A stretch of 64,000 nucleotides of DNA, from positions 114,799 through 178,798 of the forward strand of contig NC_068984.1 of the NCBI RefSeq assembly GCF_001194135.2. Reading direction: 5' to 3'. Position numbers and translations under genes: made by a program. The notes under the pieces were generated by a model that saw nothing but the letters and a program-made list of their open reading frames with translations, did not search any database and was not told where the DNA came from. Shown here in pieces: positions 12,252 to 26,000 of this stretch; position 1 is the first letter of the stretch; each line of letters begins with the position of its first letter. This DNA comes from Octopus bimaculoides. Its lineage: Eukaryota.

Positions 12252-15200
12252 ATCATTTGACAAGTAATTTTAGAAGACTACATTTTCCACCAAGTAAACT
12301 TTTGTATAAATACAATTAACTGAACTTTTTATTCGATTTTTTGGTGCTTTTGAAGAAATGATAATATGAAGATGACTTTTTTAATAAAAGAAATATTAAC
12401 TTAAAATAAAATAAAATAAATTTCTCATTTGTAAATTTACAATATATGCTATTCTTTTTAATTTAATCAACAGAATTGCAATGTAGTCCCTGGAAAAACC
12501 TCTCTCTACAAAATTCTCCCATAACTACTCTGTCATTTACTCCCTGTTCCCACCTCCACCCATACCGATATTTACCATCGACCACCTCTTCGTTCTTGTT
12601 CTATTCACTATATTCATCTTTCCACCCATATCTAACCATCAGTCACTCTCTTACTCTTATAAACCTGTTCATACAACTTGCCCATTCCTCACTCCATATT
12701 TTCTCTTATGCTCACCAAGCATAAAACTACCCCCCCCCCACTACATCATAAAAAAAAAAGAACCCAGTACACATTATAAAATGGTTGGCATTATGAAGGG
12801 CATCCAGCCATAAAGCCCATTCCAAAGCAGACATTTGAGCTTGGCACAGTCCTTGAACCCATCTAACCTATGCCAGCATGGAAATTGGATATTACATGGA
12901 GAGAGAGAGAGAGATGAAATCCTAATGAAACCTTACTTGGTGAAATATGTTTCACAATGCCCACATAACCAGTCTCTTCTTTCAGTTCACGACAAGCAGA
13001 TTGTTCAGCTGTTTCATTCACATCGATCATCCCTGAAAATAAATAAAATGTCACATTAGCAATGAATTTTACTCATTGTTTGTTAGCTTCCTGTTCCTAC
13101 GAAGGTAATACTTCCTCATTTTTATGGCAGATTGGAAATAAGGACATTGCTTGCATGATGGTTGTTTATAACCATCATATGATGCCAAGACAAGTACACA
13201 CACACACACACATTTACATGAGGGGTTTCTTTCAGTTTCCACCTACTAGATCCACTCACAAAGCTTTGATCAACCTAGGGCTGCTGTGGAAAACTCTTGC
13301 CCAAGGTGCCACACAGTGGGACTGAACCTGAAACCCTATGGTTAGGAAACACTTCTTAATTACACAGCTGAGCCATCCTAGCAGTGTGACCTGATGATTG
13401 TGAGTAGCCAAGGACAGAAGTACAAACCACTGCCATTACCATGACACCAACATCCCATCAAATACAGAATGCATGGTCAAGATAGAACAGAGAATATTGG
13501 ACAATATCAGTGGTGGACAGTCCCACGGATAAGTTATCTGGAAAGCTGCTATACTGTGGCCTCCTTATATGTTGTGCTCTCCTTGAAATTAAAGTGTTTT
13601 TAAATCTCTTCAATAAACTGTAAATATAGATAAAATATAAAATTAATATTAAAATTGAGATTACTTGTTTCTGCTATAACTTGACCATTATCAGAGAATT
13701 TCTATCAGAGGGATCATATAACCAGCAGGTAGAGGACTACTTGTTTAGGGTGAGTTTACCCTAAGATCCATTGACAAAACTGAATGAGAGAGCGAGACAT
13801 GTTCTGAATTATCATTGTCTTCTTTCCAGCTACTCTCACCCATTCTTATAAAATGCAGGTTAACCATGTGACTCCTCTATAACAAGACACTTGTGCTTGC
13901 CATTATATCATACTTTATTTAAGCATGGACTAATATGCTTCAAGTAAGGAGGCACAACATTTTAATCTATTGAAATTTTATGTTTAATCAGGATAGAAAA
14001 AAAAAATTTGTTATCTTTGATATAATTCTGATAATGATAAGTAAGGGAAACAATTCATAAATCTAAATTAATTAACAACAGAATGAAGGAATAAATATGG
14101 TGAGAAGAAAGGGAGTAGATTAGTTCAGTCTGGGTTAATGGGTTCCTGTTCAGTCTGGATTACTGGGCTATTGCATGTTTATTTTGGGGGAAAATATAAA
14201 TATTAATGGAAGGAAAATAGAAAAAAAAGAAAGTCTCACTTACCAGCAGGAAACTCAATGGTACAGGTTCTAAGTGGAGGCCGATACTGTTTCACTAAGA
14301 GAATGCTATCAAACTTTAGTGTTCGCTTGAGAACAGCAATCACACAAACAGCTGAAGGTGATGTAGAGAGATTTGATAGTATTAAAATATCATGTAACAT
14401 GAGTGAATGCTAGATAAGTGAAGATATTTGGTTTAACCACACAAACAACAAAGTTACGTACACAGCACTTGGTCCTTAAGAACTATAGTGAATTTCTATT
14501 TGGGTTGTAATAGATAACACAAAGAAGAGAGGGCCAGTGTTCAAAACGTTTCTAGGTCTTTCCAGTCTGGTGGAGTTAATATAAGTTTAACATCTACATT
14601 GGAAACAAAGGGGATGCTGGTGATAGGAAGGGAATTGACTAGACATTAAAATGATGATGATGATGATGTAAATTTGTGGGGAAATTGTGGGTTGGGACAG
14701 AGTTATAAGGGATCACAGTTTATGTAGAACTAGGAAAAGTGTTTAATAAGAACTTAGTGTAGGGGTGAGGTGACACTGTAGAAATCAGAGAAGCATTAGG
14801 TGGGTTTTGATAGGGATTAGACACAATTTGGGGTAGCAGCCATTGCTAAAAATATAAGGTTGTGGTTACAGTGTATTTGGCAATGGATGGTCGCTTTCTG
14901 AAGGTGATCTAAAATAAGAGAGGAGCAAAACAAAAGGTATTTATATGAATGGGGTCTCTTTTTGGTAGAAGATTACAAGCAGAGAGACAGACAGATAGGC
15001 AAACAGAGAGATAAATTACTCAGAGAATAATTAGATTAAGTAATTACTTTGATCAACACATTCTGTAGATTCACTTTATATTCCATATAAATACTGATGT
15101 TTTTTTTTTATCAGAACACATTTGTAGTGGAAAAGAGGGCGTTTAAAGTCAGTCAAGTTGAATCCAGTCTATACAATGGTTAGTATTTGTGTGAATGGAT

Positions 15201-16657
15201 GCTGAATGTTGGCTTAAAGGGCCATGTGAATTGCTGGGTAGTCAAGATAGACATAAACAGACATTAAGGAAAAAAAAATATAAACATGATGACATGAAGC
15301 AAAGAAAACTGAGCATTACACATGAGTTAGCAAGTGGTCGAGCTTCATGGAAAGATTGTGTATGTCAGACATGTCCCAAAATAGCTAAATTGGATACCTG
15401 CATACATAGACATACACCATACCTATTCAACTATGAGACTACATAGAAACAACTCCTGTCCACCACTCGACAGATTAAATTTAGAGAACTTTATTTTGGG
15501 ATAATCATTAGGCATGTTCATTCAACCATGTCAGCCTTGATTTTCAGCACAAAAAATATTATCACATATTAAGTAACAGAAGTTACTACTAATCATAAGA
15601 TCTTCCTCTACTCATCTAGGACAGATTTTGGAGAAATCCTAACGCTGAAACATAAGTTCAAAAGAAATGAGAGTAGAGAGACGTGTCCCTGAAGAGATGA
15701 CAACAATGTGATGAAATAATTATTTGACAAAAAAAAAAACAAAGGAAATGACAATATGAACAATAATAATCATTTGAACTATTGATTAACTGTTTGATCA
15801 AAGTGTTAAACATGAGTTAGAAAAACTGATAAAAAACGGCTGATCAATAAGTTTGTTAGTGAAGTAAGTAATCTATTAGCAAACAATGACAATAAAGGGC
15901 TGAACCAGTGCATGTGTTTATTATTGCCGGCATAATGCCCCTCCCAAGGTTCAGTAGTGCAGAGGGAGGCAGTAGATACGTTGGTATATTTGTTATTAAC
16001 CATGTGGATTCCATAGGATTACAGCCATTTCACAACCTTCTTCTTGTAGTATTGATTTCAATATACAAGAAATGTTATGTACACATTTGCATTTATATAT
16101 AGATGCTCAGTATTATGCAATACAGCTGTATGTTCACAAATTAATGCAAATAAAGAAAGTTAGCTCATCAGATCACCAGAACATTATGGTTACAGCAACA
16201 ATTCAACTCTAAATGTATACACAAAATTCACTCTTTATACACAATGTATGGAAGGCTGAAACTGGACAAAATTACATTGATTTGATCAGTAAAAGCATCC
16301 AAACCAAAATATATTATGTTGCTATTAGTATTAAAAAAAAATTTTCTTCACACTTGAATGCCCTCATATCAATTAAGTTAAAGTGCAAGATGGAACTTGA
16401 GGAATTAAGCAGTCTGTAAGAGGATCTTACTGTGATAGCTGCACAATTCTGTGAAACTATATTTTATATTAATTATTTATATCTCTTATGTACATTATTT
16501 ACATTATTTACAATTGATGGATATTTGTCCTCCTCTTGTTTGTTGTTAACACAACGTTTCGGCTGATATACCCTCCAGCTTTCATCAGGTGTCTTGGGGA
16601 AATTTCAAACCTGGGTTCTCGTTCCTAAGGTATTTTCCAATGTTGTTGTTCTTGTTG

Positions 16658-16703
<46 letters not shown>

Positions 16704-19558
16704 GCAGGTCACTGCCTGGAATCGAACTTGAAATCTTGGGGTTAGTAGCCTGCACTCTTAACCACAAATATCTGTCAATTGTAAATAATGTAAATAATGT
16801 ACATAATTCCTCATCTCTTAAATATAGAACTGTATTTTCTTATTATGTATTTGTATANNNNNNNNNNNNNNNNNNNNNNNNNNNNNNNNNNNNNNNNNNN
16901 NNNNNNNNNNNNNNNNNNNNNNNNNNNNNNNNNNNNNNNNNNNNNNNNNNNNNNNNNNNNNNNNNNNNNNNNNNNNNNNNNNNGAGATAATTCAAAGGTA
17001 ACCATGGGATACATACACTTGGAGCATTCAGGTCTGAATGAGTAATTTTCCTATAGAGACTGAGTCACTCAATTTTAAGTTTCAAAAATGATCTAAGAGT
17101 AAGCTTAAATAGTCGCAGGAGTGGCTGTGTGGTAAGTAGCTTGCTTACCAACCACATGGTTCTGGGTTCAGTCTCACTGCATGGCACCTTGGGCAAGTGT
17201 CTTCTACTATAGCCTCGGGCCGACTAAAGCCTTGTGAGTGGATTTGGTAGACGGAAACTAAAAGAAGCCCGTCGCATATATGTATATGTATATATATATG
17301 TATGTGTATGTGTGTGTCTGTGTTTGTCCCCCTAACATCGCTTGACAACCGATGCTGGTGTGTTTATGTCCCCGTAACTTAGCGGTTCGGCAAAAGAGAC
17401 CGATAGAATAAGTACTAGGCTTACAAAGAATAAGCCCTGGGGTCGATTTGCTTGACTAAAGGCGGTGCTGCAGCATGGCCGCAGTCAAATGACTGAAACA
17501 AGTAAAAGAGTAAGTAATGAGGGACTCAGAAGAATTGCCCAGAAACTGGAGTTCAGGGTTAGTAGCAGGAACGGGATCGAGCGACTGCTGACAGGCCGTA
17601 ACATGACGTGACTAATCACAGATGCAACCTGAGACACATTGAACTACAATGTGACAAATGATAAGCTGAAACGAAGATGACTAATGAGTAAGCTAGATCC
17701 TATCTCAAGTGAAAAAGACATGCCTAAGGATAGACAAAAATCAAAGCAACTAACCTCGTTCCGAAGTTTTGTCATTGACAATTCGACTTACTGTTTCCCA
17801 TGTTCTAGTAGAGACAAAAAATAAAATAATATTATCAATTAATGTAAAAATCAGTTAGCAACTTAGCACCAAAATATATAAAAAAATAATCAAAATAAGC
17901 ACCACAGGTAGGAGTGTGTGGTGGTGAAACACATCTACTATTATAGCCCCAGGCAGACCAGGAAGATATCATATCCAATGAATGGTGTAGCAGCATTATA
18001 GTCAACTGTTACAAGTGTAAAGGAGAAAGAGGTAATTACAGAGGAGGTAATTATGGAAAGGGTTATAAATCAATTAATTAGGAAAAGAGCCTAGATAAGA
18101 TGCAGTTTGGTTTTGTGCCAGGGAGAACTACTGATGCTCTCTTTCTATTGAAACAACTGTAGAAGAAGTAATTAGCAGAAAGTAAGCTGCTGTACTTGGT
18201 ATTCATCAACCTCAAGAAAGGCTCCATTTTCGCCAAGTGGACGAGTACCAGGGTCCCCTTTTTTATGAGCTGGTGGTCATTAAGGAAGCTAGGGTTGAAA
18301 AATGGCTTGTGAAAGCCACACTAGCCATGTACTGTTAGTAAGGGGAGACTTCAAAAATTCACTCCCTTCCAATTGGTCATAGTCCTCCAGGCCATAACAA
18401 ATTTAAGACCAGTTGACCATAGGAACTCCTTTATGCTGATGACCTCTCCTTTAGAGCTGAATTTGAAGTAGGATTGAAAAAGAAATTCCAAGTGTGAAAG
18501 CAAAACCTGGAATCAAAAAACCTTGAAGTTTAACTTAGTAAAGACCAAAGTTTTAGTTTGTTGGAAAACAGACGGCTTTCTCCTCGTATCATATAAAAGG
18601 CCCTACTCAATATATAGAAAAGGAGTAGGCAGAAATTCTATCCACTGTAAGACGTGCAGTGATATCATAGGAAGGTTAAAAGAGAAAACAGACTTTATAT
18701 GGAGCAGATGTTTAGGAGTAATAAACAGTAACAGCACATGGGAAATAGATTTCCTCAAATGCGCAGGAGAATCCTTAGAAGTGGTAGATAGCTTCTATTA
18801 CCTAGGTGACCTACTTAGAAGTGAAGGACGTTGTCCTGAAAGTATAACTGTTAGAGAGCAGGCTGGGCAAAGTTGAGTGAGCTCTTTCCTCTGTTGGTCA
18901 CAAAAGACCTCTCCCTCAGAAGGCAGATTGTATGATGCTTTTGTTTGAACAGTAATGCTGTGTGGTGGTGAGACATGAGCCCTGAATGTAGAGGACATGT
19001 AGAGAATAAAAAGTAATGAAGCTAGGATGCTCCATTGAATGTGCAACATAAATGAGCATGAATGACAAAGTACAAATTTCTTAGGAGAAATTGAACAGGA
19101 ATCAGAAATAGTAGGCAAAGGAGACAACTGCATGGGTATGGTGATGTCATGCAGATAAGGTCACATGCATAGAGAAGGGCTGATCGCTTAAAGCAAATGG
19201 AACTTGTGGAAGAAGAAGGTAGAGGCCTAGACAAAGTAGTGAAGGCAGATTTGAGGACTTTGAACTTTATTCAGCTGTCTTTACATATTTTTAAACATTC
19301 TCAAATTAACTATATTTCCATCTGCTACACTTTCACCCTTGCTCACTACACACCAATCCACCATAATTAATTCAAATGTTCTTACTGAAGACTCCTTTCT
19401 CTCTTTTTCTGTTTTAACTTTATTTCTCCTTTCCTTCGTTTTATTCTCTATATTTCATAAAGCACAATGTCTGCATACTTTTCTCTCATTCCTTTAAACT
19501 TTCACTTTCTTTTCTCTCTCTATTACTACTACCTCTTAAGTTATCATCGATAACCTAC

Positions 19559-19595
<37 letters not shown>

Positions 19596-19982
19596 TATTC
19601 ATCATCTTCACATACTTTACCACTATTCATATCTTACAAAATCTTCTTTCCTACTCTCTGTTCTTTCTTGTTTTTTTTTTCTTTTATTTGTTTCAGTCAT
19701 TTGACTGTGGCCATGCTGGAGCACTGCCTTTAGTCGAGCAAATCGACCCCAGGACTTATTCTTTGTAAGCCTAGTACTTATTCTATCGGTCTCTCNNNNN
19801 NNNNNGACCCCAGGACTTATTCTTTGTAAGCCTAGTACTTATTCTATCGGTCTCTCTTGCCAAACCACTAAGTGACGGGGACGTAAACACACCAGCATCA
19901 GTTGTCAAGTGATGTTGGGTGGGGACAAACACAGACACACAAACATATACATATATATATATATATCATCATCATCATCGTT

Positions 19983-20025
<43 letters not shown>

Positions 20026-23000
20026 NNNNNNNNNNNNNNNNNNNNNNNNNNNNNNACCAAATCCACTCACAAGGCTTCGGTCAGCCCGAGGCTATAGTAG
20101 AAGACACTTGCTCAAGGTACCACGCAGTGGGACTGAACCCAGAACCATGTGGTTGGTAAGCAAGCTACTTACCACACAGACACTCCTGTGCCTATAGTAA
20201 TTTTTTAAATAAATTATTTTGAAAATTTTAAAAATAAATTATGACTTCCATACATTATAAATTTTAATATTTTGTATGAGTATACCAGAGTTGAAAAATT
20301 GATGTAACCCTGATACTTTGTTGATCTGAAGAGCTAGCCTGTCATTACTGTGATTTCATATTACTCCTCAAAAATATGATCTGAAGAGCTAGCCTGTCAT
20401 ATCATATTTTTGGGGGTAATATGAAATCACAGTAACGTTCATGCTCTAAAGGAGCTAATTTTCGCACTAGCAATCTCACTTTTTGTTCGCCCAACCTTGA
20501 TTTGCAATCTTGCTTAAAAATCTCCTCATACCTTCTGTAGTACGACACAAAAGTTATACTTTCTTCTAGGTAATAACAGAATTCATTAATCAAGTTCAAA
20601 AGGCCGTCTGGCAAAAACGAACTTACCTGATTTTTGAACTTCTTGGAAAATAGTTCCAATAATTGTTGTTATTGCTGTAATAGTTGCTTCTGCAACTATG
20701 GAAGCTAATAGGTCTTGCATTATTTAACAAAGTGTATCATGAACAAATTGTTAAATAACCTATGTGAGCTTTGAAACCCTCATTGCCAGATGTTGTAATT
20801 TGTTACATACAATAAATAAGATAACCAGATAACAGTAAAAAACAATGTAATGAATTAACAAATCTCTTTACGAATCAACAATCAATATTCCTTGTGAACC
20901 AACTGACACCTTCCGACTTCACTGCAAACTAACACAAGTTTCACTCAACTCCAAACTCTAAACTCTTGAACTCACTCAGATTATTACTATTCATACTTCA
21001 CTCAGACCAGTCTGTCTCTCACAAGGAGGCGTCGTAACTCTCACCACAACAGTATGGTTCGTATGGCTGGATGGCCTTCTCATGTTAACCACTTTACAGA
21101 GTGTACTGGGTGCTTTTTTCATGCTATCAGCACTTGTTAGGTCACCAAATAACTTGCAAGACAAAGTAAAGAAATGGAAAATATAAAGAAAAAGCCCTTT
21201 TGATTGAGTGGAAAATAGGGGGAGGTAGCTTTATGTCAGATGAGAGAGGGACAAGCATATGTAGCTTGCTATAAAAGAAATATATGGTTACCCTACATAA
21301 TGTGAGGGTGAGTGAGAGTAGCTGGATAGAAGATAAAGAGTCTAGTGACAAGGTGCTAGGACTTGAACTACAAGATGGTGAGCATAAGTGAGATTAAGGG
21401 CAATGAATGAAGAGGGAAGGAAAGGGTGAATAATTTCATAAGTGAGTGAGAGGAGAGTAGAGATGGGGGTAGAGTGGAATGCTCCTATAAACAGACATTA
21501 AACAATGAAGTTAACCCCTGTTTATATAAATATAAAAAAAAGTGCTCAATGTATAAAGTTATGTGAATAATAAATTACACTAACATAAGAACAAGACCTG
21601 AAAGAGGGTCAGTGACATTAATATCAATATTTATGTGGTGGATTTGGTAGAAACTCTGCCAAATCAGATTGGAGCCTGGTGTAGCCATCCGGTTCACCAG
21701 TCCTCAGTCAAATCGTCCAACCCATGCTAGCATGGAAAGTGGACGTTAAACGATGATGATGATGATGATGAACCTAAAAGAAATGAAAGGAAAAGTTCAC
21801 CTGAGTGGCATTTCATCATAGGATGTAAAGGACTGAAAAAAAGAAAAAAAAATAGCACAAAGCATTTTTACTGATGCTGTAACAATTCTGCCAATCATCA
21901 TCATTTTCATCATCAATTAATGTCCACTTCTGCATGTCTTGCACAAGAAGTGAAATGGAAATTGGTGTGGAGGATTTTCTATGGTTGGGTTCCCTTCCTG
22001 TCTCCAACCCACACGTTTCCATGCAAGGTTATATTTCTCTGTGCTTAGACTTGTTTTTTCATGGGAGATTGGAAAGAAATGATACTTATTACTGATCAAC
22101 ACGCAATCTTAAGATATGGACATGCACACACACACACTCACACATCATCATCATCATTTAATGTTCATGATGATGATTCTGTGCTAGCACGGGTTAAATG
22201 ATTTGACAGAATCCAACTGGTCAGAGGGCTGAGTTGATTCCCAATGTCTGCTTCAGCAAGGATTTTGATGCTGGATGTCCTTCCTAATGCCAACCATTTT
22301 ACAGAGTGTACTGGATGCTTTTCACGTGGTACCAGCAGCAGAGATCACCAAGTAACTCACAAAACAAGATCCTCTCAAATGAGTGAGGGTGTTTTTTTTT
22401 TATCAGGTGTTGAGAGGCTAATGTAGGACAGAACAAGAGATGCATGGTTGCAGAAAAGGAGAAAGGGACAAAGGATAGCGAAGATGAGGTGTTAAGGTTT
22501 ATCCTCAAGGTACAAAGATGGTAAATATAAGAGAGAATAGGGACAGAGGACCAAGAGTGGCTTGATGAGGAGAAAAGTTGAGGAGTGAGAGAGTGACAGA
22601 CGATAGAAATGAAGACAGAGGTGAATGTAGTGAACGATGAACATGGAAGGAGGCATGGACAGTGATGCATCTCTGTGGGGAAAGTGGAGGAAAAAGGAAG
22701 TGGTAGGAGGTGATAGATAAAGGCAAACTGGAGAACAACAGTATAGTGAAATAGGAAGGTGATGTGGAGTGTGGTGGGGACAGAAGTAACACTGCAAAAA
22801 AAAACAGAGATTAAAGGCACACAGGGTGGATGTAGTGGGTTACAATAAAAAGTGTGGGTAGGATTTTGATGGTAGACATGAGAGTGTTCAATGGATGATG
22901 TTGTGAGTGCAACATGGGTGACAAGAGAAGTGGTCCTAAGAGGAGGGAATATTGCTAGCAGAGAAGTGGCTGAGTGGAATAGGTGCAACTCTGCTGTCAT

Positions 23001-26000
23001 CTAATTACAGCAGCTGAGGTGCTATTTGCCCCAGTTTTCTTCACATGGCTGCTTATTCAAAACCACATTATCTTTCTTTTATAACAGTTAAGAGTTGAAA
23101 CAGTTACAGAATTTCAATCTCAATATGTCCTATAAAAGATTAGAATGTTTATCATTTAAACAGATTTAAATAAAAATGCTAGTTGAGTAAATTATTATCT
23201 GTGATTGAAAGAGAACAGTGAAAGCAGAATGAGAGAAGAGAGATAAAGAAGAAAGGACGACAGAGAAAGGAACAGCAAAGAGGAAGGAAAACTAGGGGGA
23301 GAGGTAAGAAGGAAAAGAAATAATTGCTTCTGAATTTGGTTGAAAGCCAGTAATTTTGAGGAGTGGTGGATTAGACACTTACATCAAACCCAGGCCTTGA
23401 TTGGTAGTTATTTCTTAGACTCTGGAGAGATAAAAGACAAAGCTGATCTTGGTTAGATCAGGAATTAGAATCTAAAGAGCTGAAATAAACACTGCCAGGT
23501 ATTTTTCTGGCACTCTAATGATCTGGTAATCAACCACATTTAGATTTAGAACAATGGTTTCTAATTTTGGTACAAGGTCAGTAATTTTCAAGAGAGAGGG
23601 TTAGTTGATATTGTTGATTCCAGTACTTGATTGGTGCCATAATTATTGACCCTGGCAGGATGAAAGACTGATTTTGGTGGCATTTGAACACAGAAGGTAA
23701 AGAACCTGTGTAAAGCATTTCTTTCTAAGATTCTAATGATTCTGTTAATCCCCACCCTTTACCTTAGAAGAGAAAAAGATTATGAAAACAAATGTATGAT
23801 AGAGTAAGTCAGATGGAATACAGTGTTTCAGGAATATCATGGCTTGTCATGTACTATGCTCATATGCTGTGGCAAGTAAAAAGCACCAGTCATTGCCAGT
23901 GCTGCCTGATTGGTTCCCATGCCGGTGGCACATAAAAAGCACCCACCATTCAAGTGTGGTTGATGCCAGTAGCCCATGGCAACCCATTTCTGGAATGTGC
24001 CCATTTTATGTACAATATCTCCATTACACCTTCATTTATTTGACTGTCAACCATACAATGGGTACTGTTAGATACAGTGCTGACCACCTTAAAGGTATAT
24101 CCACTGACTGCAGTGGGTTAAAAAATTACGTAACCCACCCACTCCCAATTTTCCATGATAGGTTAGGGCCTGGAATCCTCCAAACAGCCATATTACATGT
24201 CACTTGGTCAAATTAGACCATCATTTACTCAACAAATGTTTTGTCGTCAATACTGCACTTTCTCATATCACCTGTTTCAACACAGCTGTAATATATATCA
24301 TCATCATCATCATTGTTTAACGTCTGCTTTCCATGCTAGCATGAGTTGGATGATTTGACTAAGGACTGGCAAACCAGATGGCTACACCAGGCTCCAATCT
24401 GATTTGGCAGAGTTTCTACAGATGGATGCCCTTCCTAATGCCAACCACTCGGAGAGAGCAGTAGGTGCTTTTATGTGCCACCGGCACAAGGGCCAGTCAG
24501 GCGGTACCCTTTTAATCCCAAGCAATGCTGGGTATCTCTGTGAGTGTATTATATATTCCACTTTAAATCCTGGATTAACCTCATGACTTATATACTCCTC
24601 CACTTATAAAGATTTAGCAACATACTGCATAACTAATATCTATTTTATTTTATTTTATTTTTGCTGATTCTAGACTCTTAACCTTGATTCAATTTTTTAA
24701 TTTTGTAAATTTTTAAACGTAATACATTATATATTTACCCTAATCCCTTTCACCCCCAGTCTCCTTCACAGGGCTGTTATTTATGTATCACTAGCTAAGT
24801 CTTCATTTTCAATCTATACATCTTATTTATTTATTCATAGTTTCTATATTTGGTTTCTCTATATTTTCCCTATTTTTTTCATGTATTTACAATTCACCTC
24901 AGCCATATCTGTTCAAACTAACATAATTTTCCTGACCACTTTCAATTAAACTCTAAATTCTTAGTTTCTGCTTTAACCCTTTATTCCATACCCCCCCCCC
25001 CCATTAGATTTCCCTCTCTTTTTCATTTTTGCAAATTTTCCTTACTTTGGATTACTCATTTCATCCCAGCCAAATATGGTCAAAGATAACGGCAATAATT
25101 TTTTGAAATAGTGATCAGATTATGTTATAATGAAACTAGTCGATTAGGAAATCTCTGATTGAGATAGAAGCAGTATTTCAACCAAAAGGTATTGTTTATA
25201 GCCACCTTAATCTGGCTGTCCCCTAACAAACGATGACACTGCCAATTAACCTGATTTATTCAGTGTGCTTCTCGCACTCAATATTTATTGAAAACAGGAG
25301 ATAACTCCTGCTACCCTAGCTCCGAGACCACCAGACCATGTGGTTTCAATCTGTATTGGATCTCTTCAGTGGTGGGCACTTGTTCACCACCTCCTCTTTT
25401 TGAGTTTTTTTTTCTTCGTAGTTATACATTTAATATATTTTCCGCCTGGCATCCACTTTTAGGAACTCTGTACATTTTCTTTTTCTTACACTTGTGCACC
25501 TCAGTTCAATCACCTATGGTGATGTTGGTACTAGGAAAGTATCATATAACTGTTCCATTAGTTCTTCCATTCTCTTGGGTTTGCTCTCAATGAATCTTGT
25601 TTTCAGTTCGTTCGTGTGTCTCTTGTATACACCTTTTCTACTTTTTACCAAGTATAGCATTTTGCCAATGCATTTGTTAATTACGCCATCTTCTCAACTC
25701 TGTTTTCCATTCTTATATGCTCTTTTCACCAATTTTGAAAAATCTTGTTGTATTTTCCATTGCAATTTTCTTTTCTTGCCAGGTAGCAATTTGTTGAAGC
25801 TTGGTTCTACTTTCCTTGCAAACATCAGCTCCACTGGTGCATTTGGTTTTGGTGTCACACAGTATACTCTTAAGTATAGTTGTAGAGCTACCTCATCCAT
25901 GACTTCCTTATTCGACTTTCTTAGGGCTCTCTTGAACGTATCAACAAAGCATTCTGCCTGTCCATTATATCTGGGATGATATGGCACTGTAGTTACATGT

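Noticed and set aside
16700-16765. tRNA gene
   Set aside because: The 5' acceptor stem and part of the A box are missing, the anticodon stem is imperfect, and it continues into a repeat body. It is a SINE head.
19745-19856. 51-bp tandem duplication inside a SINE
   Set aside because: The two copies directly flank a 10-N gap, which is typical of an unmerged contig overlap.
22299-23000. 233-aa minus-strand ORF and similar S/L/P/H-rich ORFs (48715-49341, 50616-51018, 46321-46833)
   Set aside because: They arise from pyrimidine-rich low-complexity repeat bodies that are depleted of stop codons; no domain-like features.
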